Source: Haliotis cracherodii (lineage: Eukaryota). From it: a DNA stretch of 64,000 nt. Where the stretch lies: assembly GCF_022045235.1 (NCBI RefSeq), contig NW_027266284.1, forward strand, positions 3,658,001-3,722,000, in the 5' to 3' direction. Of the stretch, positions 1 to 25,302 are shown piece by piece. The position numbers and the translations under genes were made by a program. Every line of letters begins with the position of its first letter. Within the stretch, counting starts at the first letter, position 1. The notes under the pieces were generated by a model. That model was not told the origin of the DNA. It ran no database searches and saw only the letters and a program-made list of their open reading frames with translations.

Positions 1-706
1 ACAGTACAGAGTAGGGTGGAATAGGACAGTACAGAGTAGGGTGGAGTAGGACAGTACAGAGTAGAGTGGAATAGGACAGTACAGAGTAGGGTGGAATAGG
101 ACAGTACAGAGGAGGGTAGAGTAGGACAGTACAGAGAAGGGTAGAGTAGGACAGTACAGAGGAGGGTAGAGTAGGACAGTACAGAGGAGGGTAGAGTAGG
201 ACAGTACAGAGTAGGACAGTACAGAGTAGGGGAGAGTAGGACAGTACAGAGTAGGACAGTACAGAGTAGGGGAGAGTAGGACAGTACAGAGTAGGGTGGA
301 ATAGGACAGTACAGAGTAGGGGAGAGTAGGACAGTACAGAGTAGGGTGGAGTAGGACAGTACAAAGTAGGGTAGAGTAGGTCAGTACAAAGTAGGGTAGA
401 GTAGGACAGTACAGAGGAGGGTAGAGTAGGACAGTACAGAGTAGGGTAGAGTAGGACAGTACAGAGGAGGGTAGAGTAGGACAGTACAGAGGAGGGTAGA
501 GTAGGACAGTACAGAGTAGGACAGTACAGAGTAGGGGAGAGTAGGACAGTACAGAGTAGGACAGTACAGAGTAGGGGAGAGTAGGACAGTACAGAGTAGG
601 GTGGAGTAGGACAGTACAAAGTAGGGTAGAGTAGGTCAGTACAAAGTAGGGTAGAGTAGGACAGTACAAAGTAGGGTAGAGTAGGTCAGTACAGAGTAGG
701 GTAGAG
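1..706. repeat. Purine-rich minisatellite, ~25-bp unit (ACAGTACAGAGTAGGGTAGAGTAGG) with 15-bp short variants; truncated by window start
   Basis: Tandem periodicity read directly from the sequence. Confidence 0.95.
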
Positions 707-1274
707 CAACTCGCACAAATTCTCAAAGTCGTAAACGATACGCAACACTTGTCTGGGTCCTACTCCAGTGCAATCTGTCAAAATGGCTGTCACACAGGAA
801 TAAGTTAAGCGTTGTCATGACGCCACAAGTATCGATAACACTGCGCATGTGTGCACTTTCGACATTTCTTGACTTCTGTCTGCCGACTACCTATGAAAGA
901 GTTATTTAATGTTAACTATCACTTCGGAAGGAAAAAAAAGCCGTTCATGTGATCAAGGTTAATGTTGAGGTCATTTCTAAGGGACGGTACTCACAATAAC
1001 AGCACATAATTAGAGTTCCCTCCCTGAATGTGATTTTACCACCGCTTCTATTACTATCCTCAGCATCATTTACTGAATTCGAAGCAGTACATAATTTATC
1101 AATTTGTACATCCCTGTACCCTACTTGGTGAGGACCGAGCAGTGCTGAGGGAGTGGGATCATTCTACACCTTTACTACCTTCTGCGATGTTTCCTCCAGA
1201 AAGTGTATCTAGTAGTCACTCTCATACTATGATTTTAGTTGTGTGGTGCACTAGTACGAGGCTCTATGAAAAGT

Positions 1275-1500
1275 CTCCTTGGGCAGCCAGAAACCTATCA
1301 TTGTGGGTTCGAATCCCGGTTCGCCCCGATTATGTTTCTAGGTTTCTCTACATCATTCCCGTGCTCGTTGGTTTCACCGAAGTGGTAAACGTCTGTGACC
1401 TGCTTCACTTCGGGTTATCCTCCCACATTAAGCTGACACGCCGTGATATAACTGGAATACTGTCCAATTTGCGTTAAACCCAAGTCACTCACTCATTCAC
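1275..1500 (+). mobile_element. 5'-truncated tRNA-derived SINE (family A, (ACTC)n tail)
   Basis: B-box GGTTCGAATCC, body aligns to the full copy at 56951-57218, ends GCGTTAAACCCAAGTCACTCACTC. Confidence 0.85.
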
Positions 1501-3641
1501 TATATGGATAGTACTCATTCATGATTTCAGCAAACAAATAAAGAGTAGTGATCAATCAATCAGACCTTTTTCAATCCACAAGGATAATATTTATTTATTT
1601 TTAATCACCGAATCGCTTGACTAAGGATCTGCTTGTCGCCATGATAATATATCGCCTCGTACATGGTGAGCTTTGTTTGTGGAACTTAGGTACCATTTTA
1701 TTATTTGTGTAACTGTAACTATTACCCTGCTTTAAACGATACAAACATACATCTGAATCTACGTCAAAGTATAAGATTCAGATGTAAAGGCTGCTTTCAT
1801 CGACAAAGATAGCCCAACGCTTTGTATATTGATATGTGTGTACACACTGATGTCAACCAAACGGCAACTTCATAACGAACAGCCGGTGCTTTGTATCGGC
1901 AGACACTAACCTTGATTTCAACCGAAGCACGAACATTAATAATTTCACTACGCGGCGATGAGACAAATAATTTTTTAAGTTCCATCACTTTGACACCAAA
2001 TATCCTTTATTCCAACGGTTAATAAAAAATCAATCTATAACAAAATATTCTAAAAGCACAGTTATTCGAGATACGGCTATAAGTCTCCTTTAAACCTGGG
2101 TGTGACACGCCTAACGTACACAGTCCGAGGTCACCTTCTTGTATTAAGCTGTGGTGCATCAAACAAGGAGAACATTGAGCAATGAGTGACAATGGTAGAT
2201 ACAATCATGGCAGTTGGGTTGTAGGCATTCACTGTAGATGTAGGCGGAGACTTCGCGTTCGTCAAACTGGAAAATTTCGAATTGATATAATTTTTCAAAT
2301 CAAAGATTCTGAATTACTTCGACGGATTCAAAAATATTTCAACCATTACTTTTGCCAACCGTCATAAACCTAATACGTGCCCTTCCACGGTTACCGGAAG
2401 CTAGAGAGAGAGAACAAGTATATAATACCGTTAACTTACATGAAACTATAAACCTTAAAAAACAAGATGGAAGCGCTCGTAAATCTTCAACTCTGTCCTA
2501 CCATAACCCGCAAACAGATTACGAAATACAAACTGAAAGGAAACTTCACTCAGAAGCAACTACGTCACTGTCAACAGAACGTACAGAGTGTTGCGTTCAA
2601 ACGACACGTGTGTCTTAGCCAGGCACGTGTTTACAACTTCGGTGTCACTTCATTTAAAAACAACGTGCAGGGTTATACATGCCACAATGTTCGTCTTAAT
2701 ACATAGAACTCAGTCTCACACAATAACATTTGGATTCCGAGTACGTAGTTACGATGCTGTTATATAAGTGGATCATATTAAACCTGGTAGGTGCCACCCT
2801 TTGTATGTTCATCGGGTTAGCACGATTATGTTTCGAGGGTTTTTAGCACCAAAGTGGTAAACGTGTAAGACCTGCATCCTCGCGGGCATTCTCTCACTCA
2901 CTCCGATCCTCAGTCGGTCCGTACGACAAACATGGGACGCACATGGGATTTATTCTGCCCCGGAATGCCAAAAGGAGTCACTTGAAGTGAACAAGAAGGT
3001 TCCATCGTATGAAAACACGAACAAAATATATATTGCTACATATTGTTAAAAGATACTGTTCACAGCGGAGTTAAACCCAACTCGCGAACTCACATGCAAA
3101 GTGATATCTCAGGATGCAAAAGTTTCTTTCTCTTTGTTGACACATGTGAAACAGCCAAATGTTTATGTTATTGTTTATTCAATTCTAAATTTGACAAGGA
3201 ATTGATTATTGACAATATATATAACATTCACAATTATAAGTATTATATTCTGCAAACCTACTCTCTGCTATATTTGCAAGCCCAGTCACAATTGTAACAC
3301 ATGGGTATAAAGGCCTTTTAATGACTGTGTACTTAATAAGTCACTTTGAAAATAAACAATATAAACTGAGCCATGACACCCGTGAGACGAGACACGAGAC
3401 ACCTGATGCTATGATGGCTTGCGAAATATAGAAGTAGAAGTTAGCAGTACTTACATAATCGTATGTTTAGATAACCAGTAGATTCGTTGAGACCGTCGTT
3501 GTTGATGAAAACGTGGTAATAGATACATGATTTAACAATATGATTGTAATGTAAAATAGTGTCAAATACAATAAGCATTAAGTTCTATTTCAATTCCCAT
3601 TTAACTATCACAAAGCTCAGAAACGGACGCACAAGAGGTCA

Positions 3642-7333
<3,692 letters not shown>

Positions 7334-7450
7334 TATTCTGATGTGGTGAAAGTTGGAGAAGTTATATGGTTCACAAGCGCTCGTTAAGACCTTGATTCGG
7401 TGCGACACGAGAGCAAATGATAGGAAAGCTAGAACATCGGTGTTTTTAAA
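7334..7450 (-). promoter_or_regulatory. 5'UTR and core promoter of gene 1
   Basis: Inr-like TCATTT at 7420-7415 with AT-rich TTTAAAAA about 25-30 bp upstream. Confidence 0.45.
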
Positions 7451-8243
7451 GAATTTTGTTCCGTCGTCAACATACAGCTGTTGTTGTGTGACAGTACCTA
7501 GTTACCAGACAATAGATTTTTAGTTATTCAAACAAAACTACACACGTCCATCCCTGTGGTTAGACCAATAACGCCACTCTTGCTTCCAGCGTCATGTTGT
7601 TGTAGTATTGACTTGACTCGCTACAAAAGCGATGGACAATCAGAAAACTTTTTGCGTGCACTAAAGTGTGTATTGAAACCTTGGCGACACTGATTCATTA
7701 AAATGCAGAAATGCAAATGGACCATTAGTATGTTGTTGCCAAGCGCATAAATATGCATGTGAATTTTGTAAATTGCAAGCGGTGTTATTACCTTTGAATA
7801 TATTTTCAGAGACAAATTGCTACATTTGCATCTGAACGAACCTATTGGCACCTTTAGGATAATTTCGCCATATTTAATTCGTAATCGCAAATGAGTATTT
7901 GAGACATTGCAAAGAGGTTACTATTTCAAGAGAGTCACTGTTTGGATATGAAAACATCCACTGTGCGGCTCCTCAACGGTTGATCGGGACCTACACGGTA
8001 TTTCCTTCTGTTGTGGGGACTCAAAGGAACCAATTTGAGATTCGAACATCGATTAATGATAACACGATGGTATCAATGATGGGTTTGCGACAGACACAAC
8101 CCTGCCCATCACGACACATGGACACCGGCCGCACCAGGCCATCCACAACACTGCCATGTGAAACCCTACTGTACCAAAATACATCATCTACCACATTGAC
8201 GCCTCGCCACGTCAAACATATCAGGATCACAGCAAACATATAC

Positions 8244-9165
8244 ATCAAACCCCATCACCTCAGACACCACCATGCCAAACCCCATCACCTCAGACATCAC
8301 CACGCCAAACCCCATCACCTCACACATCACAACACCAAACCCCATCACCTCACACACCACCACACCAAGCCCCATCAGCTAACACGCCAAACCCCATCAC
8401 CTAACACGCCACCACGCTAAACCCCATCACCTCACACACCACCACACCATGCCTCATCACCTAACACGCCACCACGCAAAACCCCATCAGCTAACTCGCC
8501 ACCACATCCAACCCCATCACCTAACTCGCCACCACATCCAACCCCATCACCTAACTCCCCACCACACCAAGCCCCATCACCTAACACGCCACCACATCCA
8601 ACCCTATCACCTAACTCGCCACCACATCCAACCCCATCAACTAACACGCCACCACGCCAAACCCCATCAACTAACACGCCACCACATCCAACCCCATCCC
8701 CTGACACGCCACCACATCCAACCCCATCAACTAACTCGCCACCACATCCAACCCCATCAACTAACACGCCACCACGCCAAACCCCATCAACTAACACGCC
8801 ACCACATCCAACCCCATCCCCTGACACGCCACCACATCCAACCCCATCAACTAACACGCCACCACATCGAACCCCATCAACTAACACGCCACCACATCCA
8901 ACCCCATCACCTAACTCGCCACCACATCCAACCCCATCACCTAACACGCCACCAAATCCAACCCTATCAACTAACACGCCACCGTATCCAAACCCATCAC
9001 CTAACTCGCCACCACATCCAACCCCATCAACTAACACGCCACCACATCCAACCCCATCACCTAACACGCCACCACATCAAACCCTATCAACTAACACGCC
9101 ACCACATCCAACCCCATCAACTAACACGCCACCACATCGAACCCCATCACCTCACACACCACCAA
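8244..9165. repeat. 30-bp C/A-rich minisatellite (CTAACACGCCACCACATCCAACCCCATCAM)
   Basis: Clear 30-bp periodicity; source of the His/Pro and Gly/Val pseudo-ORFs. Confidence 0.95.
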
Positions 9166-9629
9166 CCTTATTTTAATCATTCAATAAGAATTCACCTCTC
9201 TTTCTAACATACGTTTTTACCTCTGCTCGAAGGAACGGACCCCGTTAACGTCTGACTGACAGAGCAGTGTGTATTCTCACATCAGCACGAATTATTAAGA
9301 AGTAATCAAACTCGTGTAAGGTCGTATTCCAAAATGACTTCCATTCATCAAACGATTGTTTCTGTAAAATATTTCAAATTCACTTTAGTTTGGCGTTAAT
9401 CTGGAGATGGCAGATCATCCCCTACAGTGAGACACAACGGTCACTGGGCAACTAAGTCACACAGCGAGTCAACTGTGTACTGTCTGGAGTCGGCGTGGAA
9501 CTAGGGGGAATCAAAGTGTGCAATTTCTCCACTGTGGGACACGTACTGTCAAACGGGTGGGGTTGCAATGAGACCAGGGCGTGGCAGGCCTATAACATAG
9601 CGAGCGGTATGACAGGGCCACTATTCTCT

Positions 9630-10030
9630 ACCACGAACGGTTTGAGGGCGGTAGTGTCATGGTGTGGGGCGGTATCGCACATGACAGGCGAACTATTTAT
9701 TGTGTTATTGCGAATGGACATTTGACTGGCCAGCGATACGTTGACGACATTTAGCGTCCTGTCGTTGTTCCATTCCATGTGAACTGCAAGATCAAAATGC
9801 CACCCCACATCCGCGTGCCCAGGTCGTCACCAGGTTATCTCCGACGAGAAGGCATACCCGCTAAGTCCCCTGTCGTGTCCCAAATTAATCATTTGTCGGT
9901 GTTTTGGGATGGAGAGTGTACGCCAGAGACCCACCACCACCCAGTTTGAAGTAGCTCTCTAGGCGGAATAGCAGGCAATACCCAGGCCCACCACACGAAC
10001 GTTAATCAGCAGCATGCCATCAAGGTGTTG
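9630..10030 (+). mobile_element. Degenerate Tc1/mariner DDE transposase fragment
   Basis: Frameshifted translation gives GGSVMVWGGI...NGHLTGQRYVDDI*RPVVVPF...LQD-NATPH...PAKSP...TLISSMPSRC. Confidence 0.8.
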
Positions 10031-10719
10031 TGCATGTATCGCCCAACTTGGTGGACACAGATACTAGATGACTACAATCGGCATTGCTTCGGGCTTTCCT
10101 CCCACGTTAAGCTGAGACGCCGGGACATAGTTGTATATGTATCGCCCAACATAGTTGACACAGCTGATAGTGATCTACACGCCAAAAGTATATTTTACAG
10201 ACATTTATCGTCATTGAACCTTCACTACCATTGCATCAGTTCCCTCGTGTTTTGTCGGTAGTATATTTAATTGTCCTTCGACAGTAGACTCAATGGAAAA
10301 TCGGCTGTTGCATGTGAATAGCTCGTTCCACTTAGTCGACTCCATCCATGAATAGATGGACAATAGAAAGCCATAACAAATACCACCATCTCGACCTCTG
10401 TAATGTTGATAGAAAGCAACACAAGTGGTGGAAGTAGATGATAGTGGTACTTTATACAGTATATCAACACTCAGTCTGGTATCTATTAAGTAACAAGGGG
10501 GGGGGGGGGGGGGGGGGGGGGAGACCATGTTCAAACTGGAAAGGCAGATTTGCTTGCAAAACCAAAAAGATACAGTAACCCGAGTATTTATTTAACCAAA
10601 AAGCTTCAAGGATGGATAAACAAATATGGCGACTGGCTCTTAATGCTTGAAATCGCACGTGCCTGGACGGATATTATTTTTTCAAACATTACATTTAACT
10701 GGAAAGAAAACGGTCGTGC

Positions 10720-15074
<4,355 letters not shown>

Positions 15075-15529
15075 GTTGTGCGCCAGACAGTAACTGACCT
15101 GTCAGAGAAGAACACGCTCGAACCTTTTGATGGATACTGGCGAGCTGAATGAAACTTTGCCAACTCTCGCTATCAATATTTCGTCTAAAGCATTTCAATA
15201 ATTTTAATACGACATTGGTGCATCGGGTATTTTATCTGCATACAGTCACTGAATCGGGAAGCCTCGCTTGGTTGATAATGCGGACTGTGTCGGTGTATTT
15301 GCCTGTATCTCACACACACAACACAAGAACATGTGTCACTAGCTTTTTAGCGCCATGTTGGCTGGACAGTGTACGTGGCTGTCTCTGGTTGTCGGTTACC
15401 TTTGATTGCCCCTTCTTCTCTCTGTTTCTCTTTGGTTTCCTCTTATTCCTCTTGGTTGTCTTCCATTATCTGTGATTATGTCCTCTTTGATTCTCCCTTG
15501 GTCACTTGTCCCACAACACAGCCAGCCCA

Positions 15530-18500
15530 ATCACAGCACACACCGCCACACCCAACCCCATCACCTCACACACCACCACCCCCATACTCCATCGCCGCAC
15601 ACACCGCCACACACAACCCCATCACCTCACACACCACCACCCGATACTCAATCACCTCACACACCGTCACGCCATACTCCATCACCTCACACATCGCAAC
15701 CCCATACTCCATCACCTCACACACCGCAACCCCATACTCCATCACTTCACACACCGTCACCCCATACTCCATCACCTCACACACCGCCAACACCCAACCC
15801 CATCACCTCACACACCGCCACCCAATACTACATCGCCGCACACACCGCCACATCCAACCCCATCACTTCACATACCACCACACCATACTCCATCGCCGCA
15901 CACACCGCCACACCCAAACACTTCACACACCGCAACCCCATACTCCATCACCTCACACACCGCCACCCTATACTCCATCACCTCACACACCGCCACCCTA
16001 TACTCCATCACCTCACACACCGCCACCCTATACGCCATCACCTCACACACCGCCACCCTATACTCCATCACCTCACACACCGCAACCCCATACTCCATCA
16101 CCTCACACACCGCCACCCTGTACTCCATCACCTCACACACCGCAACCCCATACTCCGTCACCTCACACACCACCACACCCAACCCCAACACTTCACACAC
16201 CTCAACCCTATACTCCATCACCTCACACACCACCACACCCAACCCCAACGCTTAACACACCTCAACCCAATACTCCATCACCTCACACACCACCACACCC
16301 AACCCCAACGCTTCACACACCTCAACCCCATACTCCATCACCTAACACCGCCACCCCATACTCCATCACTTCACACACCGCCACCCCATACTCCATCACT
16401 TCACACACCGCCACCCCATACTCCATCACTTCACACACCGCCACACAAATCACTTCACACACCGTCACACCCATCACCTCACACACCGCCACCCTATACT
16501 CCATCACCTCACACACCGCCACCCTATACTCTGTCACCTCACACACCGCCACCCCATACTCCATCACCTTACACACCGCCACACCCTTCACACCGCCACC
16601 CCATACTCCATCACCTGAAACACCGCCACCCCATACTCCATCACCTCACACACTGCAACCCAATACTCCGTCACCTCACACACCGCAACCCCATACTCCA
16701 TCACCTCACACACCGCCACCCTATACTCCATCACCTCACACACCGCCACCCTATACTCTGTCACCTCACACACCGCCACCCCATACTCCATCACCTTACA
16801 CACCGCCACACCCCTCACACCGCCACCCCATACTCCATCACCTGAAACACCGCCACCCCATACTCCATCACCTCACACACTGCAACCCAATACTCCGTCA
16901 CCTCACACACCGCAACCCCATACTCCATCACCTCACACACCGCAACCCCATACTCCGTCACCTCACACACCGCAACCCCATACTCCATCACCTCACACAC
17001 CGCCACACCCCTCACCTCACACACCGCCACCCCATACTCCATCACCTGAAACACCGCCACCCCATACTCCGTCACCTCACACACCGCAACCCTATACTCC
17101 ATCACCTCACACACCGCCACACCCCTCACCTCACACACCGCAACCCTATACTCTGTCACCTCACACACCCCCACCCCATACTCCATCACCTCACACACCG
17201 CCACCCTATACTCCATCACCTTACACACCGCCACCCTATACTCCATCACCTCACACACCGCCACCCTATACTCCATCACCTCACACACCGCCACACCCCT
17301 CACCTCACACACCGCCACCCCATACTCCGTCACCTGAAACACCGCCACCCCATACTCCGTCACCTCACACACCGCAACCCTATACTCCATCACCTCACAC
17401 ACCGCCACCCTATACTCCATCACCTCACACACCGCCACCCTATACTCCATCACCTCACACACCGCCACACCCCTCACCTCACACACCGCCACCCTATACT
17501 CTGTCACCTGAAACACCCCCACCCCATACTCCATCACCTCACACACCGCCACCCTATACTCCATCACCTCACACACCGCCACCCTATACTCCATCACCTC
17601 ACACACCGCCACCCTATACTCCATCACCTCACACACCGCCACACCCCTCACCTCACACACCGCCACCCCATACTCCGTCACCTGAAACACCGCCACCCCA
17701 TACTCCGTCACCTCACACACCGCAACCCTATACTCCATCACCTCACACACCGCCACACCCCTCACCTCACACACCGCAACCCTATACTCTGTCACCTCAC
17801 ACACCCCCACCCCATACTCCATCACCTCACACACCGCCACCCCATACTCCATCACCTTACACACCGCCACACCCCTCACCTCACACACCGCCACCCCATA
17901 CTCCATCACCTGAAACACCGCCACCCCATACTCCGTCACCTCACACACCGCAACCCTATACTCCATCACCTCACACACCGCCACACCCCTCACCTCACAC
18001 ACCGCAACCCTATACTCTGTCACCTCACACACCCCCACCCCATACTCCATCACCTCACACACCGCCACCCTATACTCCATCACCTCACACACCGCAACCC
18101 TATACTCCATCACCTCACACACCGCCACCCTATACTCCGTCACCTCACACACCGCCACCCCATACTCCGTCACCTCTTACACCGCTACCTTATACTCCGT
18201 CACCTCACACTCCCCCACACCCTACTCCATCACCTCACACACCGCAACCCCCTACTCCATCACCTCACACACCACCACCCTATACTCCGTCACCTCACAC
18301 ACCGCCACCCCATACTCCGTCACCTCACACACCGCCACCCCATACTCCATCACCTTACACACCGCCACCCTATACTCCATCACCTCACACGCCGCCACCC
18401 CATACTCCGTCACCTCACACACCGCCACCCTATACTCCATCACCTTACACACCGCCACCCCATACTCCGTCACCTCACACGCCGCCACCCCATACTCCGT

Positions 18501-19110
18501 CACCTCACACACCGCCACCCCATACTCCGTCACCTCACACACCGCCACCCCATACTCCATCACCTTACACACCGCCACCCCATACTCCATCACCTTACAC
18601 ACCGCCACCCCATACTCCGTCACCTCACACACCGCCACCCCATACTCCATCACCTCACACGCCGCCACCCCATACTCCGTCACCTCACACACCGCCACCC
18701 TATACTCCGTCACCTCACACACCGCCACCCCATACTCCGTCACCTCACACACCGCCACCCTATACTCCATCACCTCACACACCACCAAACCCAATCCCAT
18801 CACATCATTCACCCCCACATTATTTAAACCCCATCACCTTCACACCACCACATCAAACCCCATCACTTCACACACCACCACACCAAACCCCATCACCTTC
18901 CACACCACCAAACACCATTACATCACACAACACCCACACAAATCCCAATCCCGTTCACTTTTTGTGAATAAAATATGTTTAAACCAGACACAACACACAA
19001 CCACCTTACACATAACCACACCAAACCCTTTATTCCACACGTCACCACACCGCCACATTAAACCGCATTCCCTCACGAACAGCCACACCAAACCCAATCA
19101 CCTAACACGC
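15530..19110. repeat. Large 30-bp C/A-rich minisatellite (CATACTCCATCACCTCACACACCGCCACCC), related to the 8.2-9.2 kb array
   Basis: Tandem periodicity with higher-order blocks; explains the 1152-aa low-complexity ORF. Confidence 0.95.
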
Positions 19111-20427
19111 CACAAAACCTTTTTTAATGATTCAATAATAATTCAACTCTCTGTCTAATATGAGTTGGTTCCTCTGTTCGATGGCATGAACCCCGTTCAC
19201 CTCTGACTGACAGCGCGGTGTATATTCTCAAATCAACTAAGTGCACATCACAGTATCCCTATAACTTGTCGATGTCCAGACGAATTTGGAATCCCTATAC
19301 ATTCACCCAAGATACTAGGAAATAATCAAACTCGTGTAAAGTCGGATATTAAAATGACTTTCATTCACCAGAATTCTGTAAAATATTTCAAATTCGTTTT
19401 AGTGTTCGAAATGATTGAGTGAATCTGGAGATGGCAGATCATTCCCTACAGTGAGACACCACGGTCACTGGGCAACTAAGTCACACATCGATTCAACTGT
19501 GTACTGTCTGGAGTCGGGGTGGAACGACTGTCGCTGTAGATGTAGCCTTTGCCACGCTGGAAATGTGCAATGTTTGTGACAATCGATCTCGTACAAATCG
19601 TTTGTGCTTAAATCGAAAACCGACGTTCCGAGTTTGGAAATAACTGTATATATACTGAAGGAATCAAATAAAGAAACACGGTGAACAGGCATGTACACTC
19701 CTTCCCTTAGCTGTCTCTGTCAGTGCATATATCATTATTTCACGTTTAGTAGTAGCATTACGAGCAGCCGTGCCTATTCATTCCATGACGAAGGTCTCCC
19801 TTCAACGTACCAGGATCTGGTAATCATCGGTCCGAATAATTTCGATAATCATCCCTGGTTTATCAGAACCTAACCCGATAGGTTTTATATACGTAACACT
19901 TCGGGGTGTTCTTCGACTTATGGTTACACGTTATTGAAATACTGTTCATCGCCGGGTTGAGACGCCGTGATATAATTAAATATGTATCGCCCAACATGGT
20001 GGACACGCCAGATAGTGATCTACACGCCCAAAATTTATTTTACAGACATTTATCGCCATTACACCTTCACTATCACTTCATCAGTTACCTTGTGTTTTGT
20101 CGGTAGTATATTTAATTGTACTTCGACGGTAGACTCAAACGAAAATCAAAAGCACGTTCCACTGAGTCGACTCCATCCATGAATAGATGAACAATAGAAA
20201 AGCCATGACCCATACCACCATCTCGACCTCTGTAATGTTGATAGAAAGCAACACAAATGGTGGAAGTACATGATAGTGATACTTTATTCATTTCTATACA
20301 GTATATCAACACTGGTATCCATTAAGTAACAAGGGTGGGGAGAGACCATATTCAAACGGCAAAACCAAAAAGATACAGTAACCGGAGTATTCATTTAACT
20401 AAAAACATCGATGCCATGGTTCCGCGT

Positions 20428-23400
<2,973 letters not shown>

Positions 23401-23880
23401 GTTGTGCTTAAAACAGAATGTGACCTGCCAAAGACGAACTCGCTCGAACCTTTTCGATGGAGACTGGCGAGACGAATGAAACTTTGCCAACAGTGGTGAT
23501 CAATTATATTGGACACGTTGCCAAGACAGTCGCGCGACGGCTGTCGCTATCAACATTTTGTCTCCAGCATTTTAATTATTAAAAACATTGGTGCGTCGGG
23601 CATTGTGCCTACATACATCCCCTGAATCGTGAAGTCTCACTTGGTTGATAATGCCGGCCAGTTTGCCTGTATCTCTTTGTTAAGGTGAATTAAGTAGTGT
23701 GAGAAGATGGGTGTAGACAATGCAGGTGGAGTGGTGGGGATCGATGTCGGGAATATATTGGTTGCTCTATATACTGTTGTCCTTGTTGCGTCGTTGTCGG
23801 TGATACCACGGACAAATGGGGGTGTGGTTGACTGAGCATGCCGTTGTCAATATAAATAATGGTTGTCATGGTAGAAGAAC
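23401..23880 (-). promoter_or_regulatory. 5'UTR/promoter of gene 3 (near-identical copies at 33883-34510 and 37577-37960)
   Basis: Inr-like TCATTC 23479-23474, CCAAT ~23510, X-box-like GTTGCCAAGACAG 23517-23529 and GTTGTCATGGTAGA 23862-23875; conserved among paralogs. Confidence 0.55.
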
Positions 23881-24768
23881 GGATGTCGCCATAAAGCAGT
23901 TCACAAAGTTGACAATTTGCACACGCACACACAAACATACGCACGCATGCACGAACGCACACACACATAGGTATAAGTGTGATTAGTTTTCTAGCTGTCC
24001 ACATCATGTTGACTTTATGTATGGATGTTGATAAGGTTAAAACAACACCATCATCTGTGTGTATGTCTGGACATTGTATCGTTTAAACAGTTTGAATGGT
24101 AATTATTTAAGAATTTAATTATTTGCGCTCTGTGTCCACTCTCGGTCAAAGGTAAATACAAAATTCAACTGACTGTTTTCATGAGCAAATACAAAGGCGA
24201 GAAAATAGGGGTTTTTTTAATACATATTTGGGGATATATTACACATTTATAGTAAAATGCAGTACAGAAGAAGTGACCTGCGTAATATCCCCCAAACAGT
24301 AATGGACACCTTCCTTGTTTCCCTGAGGAAACGACAAGAATGCTTCATATGTGTTCCAATCCTAAAGTAAACCAGAAAGCTTGCAGGACTGTGCTCTTGA
24401 TAAAGAAATAAACTTAAAGCCAAGACCTCACATTGTGAAGTTATAAAATATTTTATCTTACCTTTTATCTTACAAAGTAGACACAAGACATACATGTAAG
24501 CCTTCACCTCAGTCTGAATTTCTGCCCAGGGGGAGCAAAATCAGTACAGGTTTGTCTCATTACTGTTGTGTTATGTCTAATGCAAGTGTTGGAATTCCAG
24601 GCCGCCGTCAAAATCACGAATAGACTTCGTGGTGAACCAAATTCACAATGCATGTATTTCCTGTTCAATTATATGTCTCAACCATAACAGAAATCAATAT
24701 CAGAACGCGAGGCGACAGGAGAATTAAGTGTCATGCGTCGTTGACTTGTTCTGTGTTACAATGTTAAC

Positions 24769-24880
24769 GACCCGTGAAGATCCCGGTTAGAATAGGTCTT
24801 CAGCAACCCATGCTTGTCGAAAGAGGCGACTTGAGGGATCGCTGACTTTGTATCCCAATTGCGTAGATCGAAGCTCATGG
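24769..24880 (+). mobile_element. Partial SINE family B
   Basis: Aligns to the 5' part of the 31406-31666 copy (ACCCGTGAAGATCC..GTTAGAATAGGTCTTCAG). Confidence 0.75.
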
Positions 24881-25302
24881 TGTCTAGAGCACTCAGTCTA
24901 GATACGTTTATATGTACAGTTACCACTTTCTCTACATAGGATTACACAAGCTTATCTCACATAACATTAAGATACCAGCTGATTGGTTAAGGAGCGGGCA
25001 ATTACAGTCCATGTACCCTGCTGATAAATCAATCGGAACACACCTAAGGTAACTTGATTATCTCGCATAAGTATCGTTGAGCGGAAATAAACCGATGGTT
25101 ATCCGAATGCATTGGGTAAAGGGAAGTAACTCGATTCGTTTGAGTCGTCTACTCGCTGTCAAAATGGCTCAAAGCGTTTTACTCAGTGCAACTTCTGGCA
25201 TATATTCCAGGTCTGTATGAATGAATGTCTCTGCGATAAATTCGTTGTCAACGTTGTATCCGATCCCTCGGGACATGTGGTGTGATGTACCACATGTGTG
25301 AA

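Noticed and set aside
15369-18827. 1152-aa His/Pro/Thr-rich ORF and overlapping ORFs (also 8432-9207)
   Set aside because: Translations of a 30-bp minisatellite that is open in several frames on both strands; no gene structure
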